A stretch of 64,000 nt of DNA from an uncultured bacterium (GTDB lineage: Bacteria > Babelota > Babeliae > Babelales > Babelaceae). The stretch covers positions 384,001 through 448,000 of the forward strand of contig CAWKFG010000004.1 of assembly GCA_963848965.1 (NCBI GenBank). Reading direction: 5' to 3'. Of this stretch, positions 60,011 through 64,000 are shown one piece after another; positions within the stretch are counted from its first letter, which is position 1; every line of letters starts with the position of its first letter. The notes below the pieces were generated by a model. That model searched no databases. It was not told the DNA's origin and saw nothing but the letters and a program-made list of their open reading frames with translations. The translations under genes were made by a program, and so were the position numbers.

Positions 60011-60037
60011 AATTGTCCAACAGCTTGTTGGACAATT
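60011..60037. repeat. 27-bp palindrome, copy 4, inside the DUF1016 coding region
   Basis: AATTGTCCAACAG-C-TTGTTGGACAATT, encoding IVQQLVGQ. Confidence 0.85.
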
Positions 60038-60455
60038 GTCAGATTTACCGTTCTTTAAGATTCCATGGGGCCACAATGTAACGCTAATCAGCAAGCTCAA
60101 ACATAACGATCAGCGTATATGGTATGCTAAAAAAGCAATAGAAGATGGGTGGAGCAGGCAGGCACTTGAACGAATGATTAAATCTGATCTCTATAGCAGA
60201 CAAGGTAAAGCTATTACTAACTTTAATGAAAAGCTTCCTAATCCTCAATCTCATCTTGCCAACGATATATTAAAATCACCTTATAATTTTGACTTTCTTA
60301 CCTTAACATCTGAATATGATGAACGAGAGCTTGAGCAAGGGCTAGTAGATCATATACAAAAGTTCCTTATAGAATTAGGCAAAGGCTTTGCTTTTGTAGG
60401 AAGGCAATATCATATAGAAGTTGAAGGCAGAGATTATTATATAGATTTGCTCTTT

Positions 60456-62776
60456 GTGCGATCCGCAAGTCTTGCGCTTTCGATGCAAGATGAACTACTG
60501 ACACCGTGGTGGCTCAATTCCACCTCCCTTGATATCGGGGTAACAGTATGACCCACACATTAAGAACTGGTAAATCTTACTGTGCAAGCATGGGGCAAAA
60601 AGGGAGTAACTCTGAACTCAACAGAGAAATCCTCTCAAACAGAGTTAGACATGGTTACGCGAGAAACCTGTGTCTGAACCGTCGTAAGGTCGTGATGTGC
60701 GAATGAGTTGATACGCACAAACCAAAAGGTAATGAGGTGCAAGAGGAGTCAGGAATGAATAGGCCTGATTAAGATATTCTCGAGCCTCCGGCGGAAAGCA
60801 GGAACCTACATCTAACGCGAAACGGTATTCAGTGGAACGGAGTAACCATTATAACGCTCTTAAAAAAAAAATAAGCAGGTACCAGCCGCATGCGCTATAA
60901 TGGAGGGATTATCTCAGAAGCAAATGCCTAGAATAACAGCTAGGATAGGCTAACAGAGATACAGTAACTTAGAAGGTAAAGTTATGAGTAGCGGTACAAA
61001 CGTCATGAACCAATCAAAGATTAGGTATGAATGGAAAGACATACCATGGCAAAAAAAGCTAGAGGTATCAGTCTTCAAGCTGCAAAAGCGAATTTACCGA
61101 GCCTCACAACGTAATGATACCGTTATGGTGCATAGGCTACAAAGACTGTTGATCAAATCAACAAGCGGAAAACTACTTGCGGTCAGAAGAGTAGTGCAAG
61201 AAAACCTGGGCAGAAAGACTGCTGGGATAGACGGTATTGCAAACATCACACCAAGGGAACGTCTACGTCTAGCCGAAACGCTAACTCTCGACACTGATAG
61301 TAAACCAGTCAGGCGCGTTTGGATACCAAAACCGGGGAAAACAGAAAGGCGGCCTCTGGGGATACCTACAATCACAGATAGAGCGAAACAGGCACTTCTA
61401 AAACTGGCTCTAGAGCCTGAATGGGAGGCCAAGTTCGAGCCAAACAGCTATGGGTTCAGGCCTGGACGGTCATGCCATGACGCTTATGGAGCAATCTTCG
61501 AAGCTCTCAAAAGAAAAACTGCATACGTACTTGATGCAGATATATCTGGATGCTTTGATAACATTGACCACAACGAATTATTGAGAAAGCTAAACACGAC
61601 GCCAACGACGCAACGAATAGTGAAAGGATGGCTAAAGGCTGGAGTAATGGAAGGGAGTGTGTTTCAAACAACTGAGCGAGGAACACCCCAAGGGGGAGTG
61701 ATATCTCCATTACTAGCGAACATAGCTCTCCACGGAATGGAAGACGACACGAAGAAAGCCCTTGCCAACGAGCTCTTCCAATATGCAAAAGGAAAACGAG
61801 GCAAAACGGCCCATCTTCATGCACAAAAGACCATCAGCATAATTCGATACGCCGATGACTTCGTAATAACTCATGAAAGCAAAGACATTGTACTAAAGGC
61901 TAGCTCCTATATTGAAGGATGGCTCAACAATATTGGCCTACAACTAAAGCAATCAAAAACTAGAATGACTCATACTCTGAATTGGAGCGAAGATCAGAAG
62001 CCTGGCTTTAACTTCCTAGGCTTCACAGTCAGACAGTTCTCGGTCAAACAAAGCAAGAAAGGCTACAAACTATTAATCAAGCCAAGTCGAGAATCAATGA
62101 AACGACACGCAAAAGCGATCAAAGAAATGCTTCGGTCCGTAAGAGCGGCACCACAAGAAACCGTTATCAGTAAGCTGAATCCCATTGTGAAAGGGTGGAG
62201 CAGATACTTCGCAGTTGGCGTATCACGCAAAGCATTCGAACGGTTAGACCATGATATGCATCACAAGCTTTGGCGATGGGCAAAGTATAGACATCCGCAA
62301 AAGGGAAAGGGATGGATCATACGAAAGTACTTCCGCAAGTATGGCAATGACGTATGGAGATTCATGACTCATGAGCAAATGTTTCTTGCTCGCCATAGCG
62401 ACCAACTGATAAGGCGACACGTGAAGGTGAAAGGAACCAAATCACCCTACGATGGAGATATGGTATACTGGGCTACACGGCTGGGTAGATCGCTAGAGCT
62501 ACCAGTAGCGATAACAAAACTACTGAAAACGCAGAAAGGCAAATGCAAAGTATGCAGGTTCTGGTTCAAAACAGAAGACTTGATGGTAGTTCACAAAAAC
62601 ACAGGTAAAAGCAACAAGAGAGAAGATGTCAAACTTATTCACCAAAGCTGTCATTAATAAAAAAAATGAGGTATATGTATCAAAATACTAAGCTACTGAG
62701 GAGCCGTATGAATCGAAAGATTCACGTACGGTTCTGGAGTCGAGCAGAGAAAGTCGCCTTTCTCTGCTTAGATAAC
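60456..62776 (+). mobile_element. Group II intron (probably IIB / chloroplast-like class)
   Basis: 5' GTGCG; domain V GAGCCGTATGAATCGAAAGATTCACGTACGGTTC at 62701-62734; domain VI hairpin ending AAC; removal restores the host frame. Confidence 0.93.
60984..62657 (+). CDS. ltrA: Group II intron reverse transcriptase/maturase
   Basis: RPLGIPT..DR, SYGFRPGRS, GTPQGGVISPLL.NI, RYADDF, FLGF, LNPIVKGW..YF; degenerate C-terminal CKVC...HQSCH. Confidence 0.95.
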   Translation: MSSGTNVMNQSKIRYEWKDIPWQKKLEVSVFKLQKRIYRASQRNDTVMVHRLQRLLIKSTSGKLLAVRRVVQENLGRKTAGIDGIANITPRERLRLAETLTLDTDSKPVRRVWIPKPGKTERRPLGIPTITDRAKQALLKLALEPEWEAKFEPNSYGFRPGRSCHDAYGAIFEALKRKTAYVLDADISGCFDNIDHNELLRKLNTTPTTQRIVKGWLKAGVMEGSVFQTTERGTPQGGVISPLLANIALHGMEDDTKKALANELFQYAKGKRGKTAHLHAQKTISIIRYADDFVITHESKDIVLKASSYIEGWLNNIGLQLKQSKTRMTHTLNWSEDQKPGFNFLGFTVRQFSVKQSKKGYKLLIKPSRESMKRHAKAIKEMLRSVRAAPQETVISKLNPIVKGWSRYFAVGVSRKAFERLDHDMHHKLWRWAKYRHPQKGKGWIIRKYFRKYGNDVWRFMTHEQMFLARHSDQLIRRHVKVKGTKSPYDGDMVYWATRLGRSLELPVAITKLLKTQKGKCKVCRFWFKTEDLMVVHKNTGKSNKREDVKLIHQSCH

Positions 62777-63259
62777 TATCACACAAAGCTTAAATGCTAT
62801 ATAGTTGTAGAATTAAAGGCACGAGAATTTGACCCTCGCGATATTGGCCAACTTAACTTCTATATATCAGCAGTTGATGATTTAGTACGTGATTCAGAGG
62901 ATAAACCAACCATAGGTTTGCTTCTGTGTAAGACAAAAAGAAACTTTACTGCTGAATATGCTCTACGAAATATAAGCTCGCCTATCGGGATTGCTCAATA
63001 TACTACTCTAACAGAAAAACTACCAAAAGAACTTAAAGGAAGTCTTCCAACAATTGAAGAAATTGAGGCCGAGCTTGAAAGGCAGGAAATTTTACTAGAA
63101 AAAGAATAGAGTGAACTTTAATACTTTAGTTAGAAGTCAAGTAAATACGCTGAAGATAAGATCCTCTAAGGTAAGTTTTTAATATAAGCCCGTTCCAATC
63201 TTAATTTTGATATAGCACCATGTCAAATACATTCATCTAATCAAAATTCTAAAGAAGAC

Positions 63260-63308
63260 TGGTGTCCCCTGCTATACATGTTTCGGAACCCTAAGCTCTT
63301 GTTTGAGG
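63260..63308 (+). repeat. att-like repeat copy 6
   Basis: TGGTGTCCCCTGCTATACATGTTTCGGAACCCTAAGCTCTTGTTTGAGG. Confidence 0.87.
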
Positions 63309-63546
63309 TTGACCTTAAAGAAATTCCGGTGATTTTAAACCTGCTAGAAAAGTAATTTTGATATAATAAGAACTTAGTCTTTTAAGCAAACAGTCCCTAA
63401 AAAGTATGCTACAAACTACAAAATCGTACACAAAAGCTATTTATCGCTTATCGTATAGAACCTTGAACAAATTAATTAAACACAGTATTATAAGTGATAC
63501 GATAATCTGGGAATTGGATTCCCAGATTGCAAGCAAGGAGTTTTAT

Positions 63547-64000
63547 ATGATTAATAGAGAACTAAACCACTCTTTGGTTAAAGCAGCAAATGAATTTCCT
63601 GTAGTTGCTGTATTGGGCCCACGGCAATCTGGCAAAACAACTTTGGTTCAAACAACTTTCACCGATCATAGGTATGTCTCCTTAGAAGATTTTGACTTGC
63701 GGAACCTAGCAAATCGAGATCCTCGAAGATTTTTACAAGATTACCCTAGTCAAAGCGGCATTATTCTAGATGAAGTACAACATGCTCCCCAGCTTCTTTC
63801 TTATATTCAAACCACAGTCGACCGTGAAAAAAGAAAAGGATATTTTATTCTCACTGGCTCTCAGAATTTGCTAATGAATGAGGCGATAACACAAAGCCTT
63901 GCTGGTAGAATTGCACTTTTAGACCTTTTTCCGCTATCCATAAGTGAACTTGAGCATGCTTCATTACTACCCCAAAAAATAGAAGAGGTTGTTTTTAAAG
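63547..64000 (+). CDS. AAA_14/DUF4143-type ATPase, 5' part (runs off the window)
   Basis: Manual translation MINRELNHSLVKAANEFPVVAVLGPRQSGKTT...ILDEVQ...LTGSQ...QSLAGR; AAGGAG RBS. Confidence 0.88.
   Translation, partial: MINRELNHSLVKAANEFPVVAVLGPRQSGKTTLVQTTFTDHRYVSLEDFDLRNLANRDPRRFLQDYPSQSGIILDEVQHAPQLLSYIQTTVDREKRKGYFILTGSQNLLMNEAITQSLAGRIALLDLFPLSISELEHASLLPQKIEEVVFK

Larger units (their letters stand above)
59691..63109 (+). pseudogene. DUF1016/YhcG gene (exon 1 59691-60455, exon 2 62777-63109) with a premature TAG at 59850 and a group II intron
   Basis: LY*EIG where the family has LYW; PWGH, GWS, PYNFDFL, ELGKGFAFVGRQ, IDLLF|YHTKL joins in frame across the intron. Confidence 0.88.

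Noticed and set aside
59931..60551. ORF-track 206-aa protein as a complete gene
   Set aside because: It is DUF1016 exon 1 downstream of the nonsense codon, reading into intron sequence after 60455
62666..63109. ORF-track 147-aa protein as an independent gene
   Set aside because: Its first 37 codons are intron sequence including domains V-VI; the rest is DUF1016 exon 2
51229..63308. The att-like repeats as a CRISPR array
   Set aside because: Spacing is 1.3-3.8 kb with whole genes in between, and no cas genes are present
51229..63308. The repeats as classical integron attC sites
   Set aside because: No RYYYAAC...GTTRRRY inverted ends, cargo lies in both orientations, and no intI is in the window

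Overview
AT-rich bacterial chromosome segment, most consistent (inference) with an intracellular protist parasite such as Candidatus Dependentiae/Babelota (TM6): it has an ATP/ADP translocase, nine ankyrin-repeat genes and many signal-peptide hypothetical proteins. The left half mixes housekeeping genes (ftsL-ftsI, class I aldolase, cfa, groES-groEL, rpe) with candidate secreted effectors: four tandem PI3/PI4K-like kinases, F-box-like ankyrin proteins and papain-fold Cys proteases. The middle carries a MutS-ATPase-domain protein, an orphan lasso-peptide-like precursor, and a TolC plus multicopper oxidase pair. An intact-looking IscB/omegaRNA element appears inserted between the oxidase's RBS and its ATG. 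From about 51 kb to the end, six same-orientation copies of a tRNA-3'-end-like att repeat, each followed by a conserved cryptic coding tail, divide the DNA into 1.3-3.8 kb cassettes (toxin-antitoxin pairs, AAA/DUF4143 ATPases, DUF1016 pieces, csaA, effectors). One DUF1016 gene is interrupted by a complete group II intron. All family assignments come from motif recognition by eye; no searches were run.
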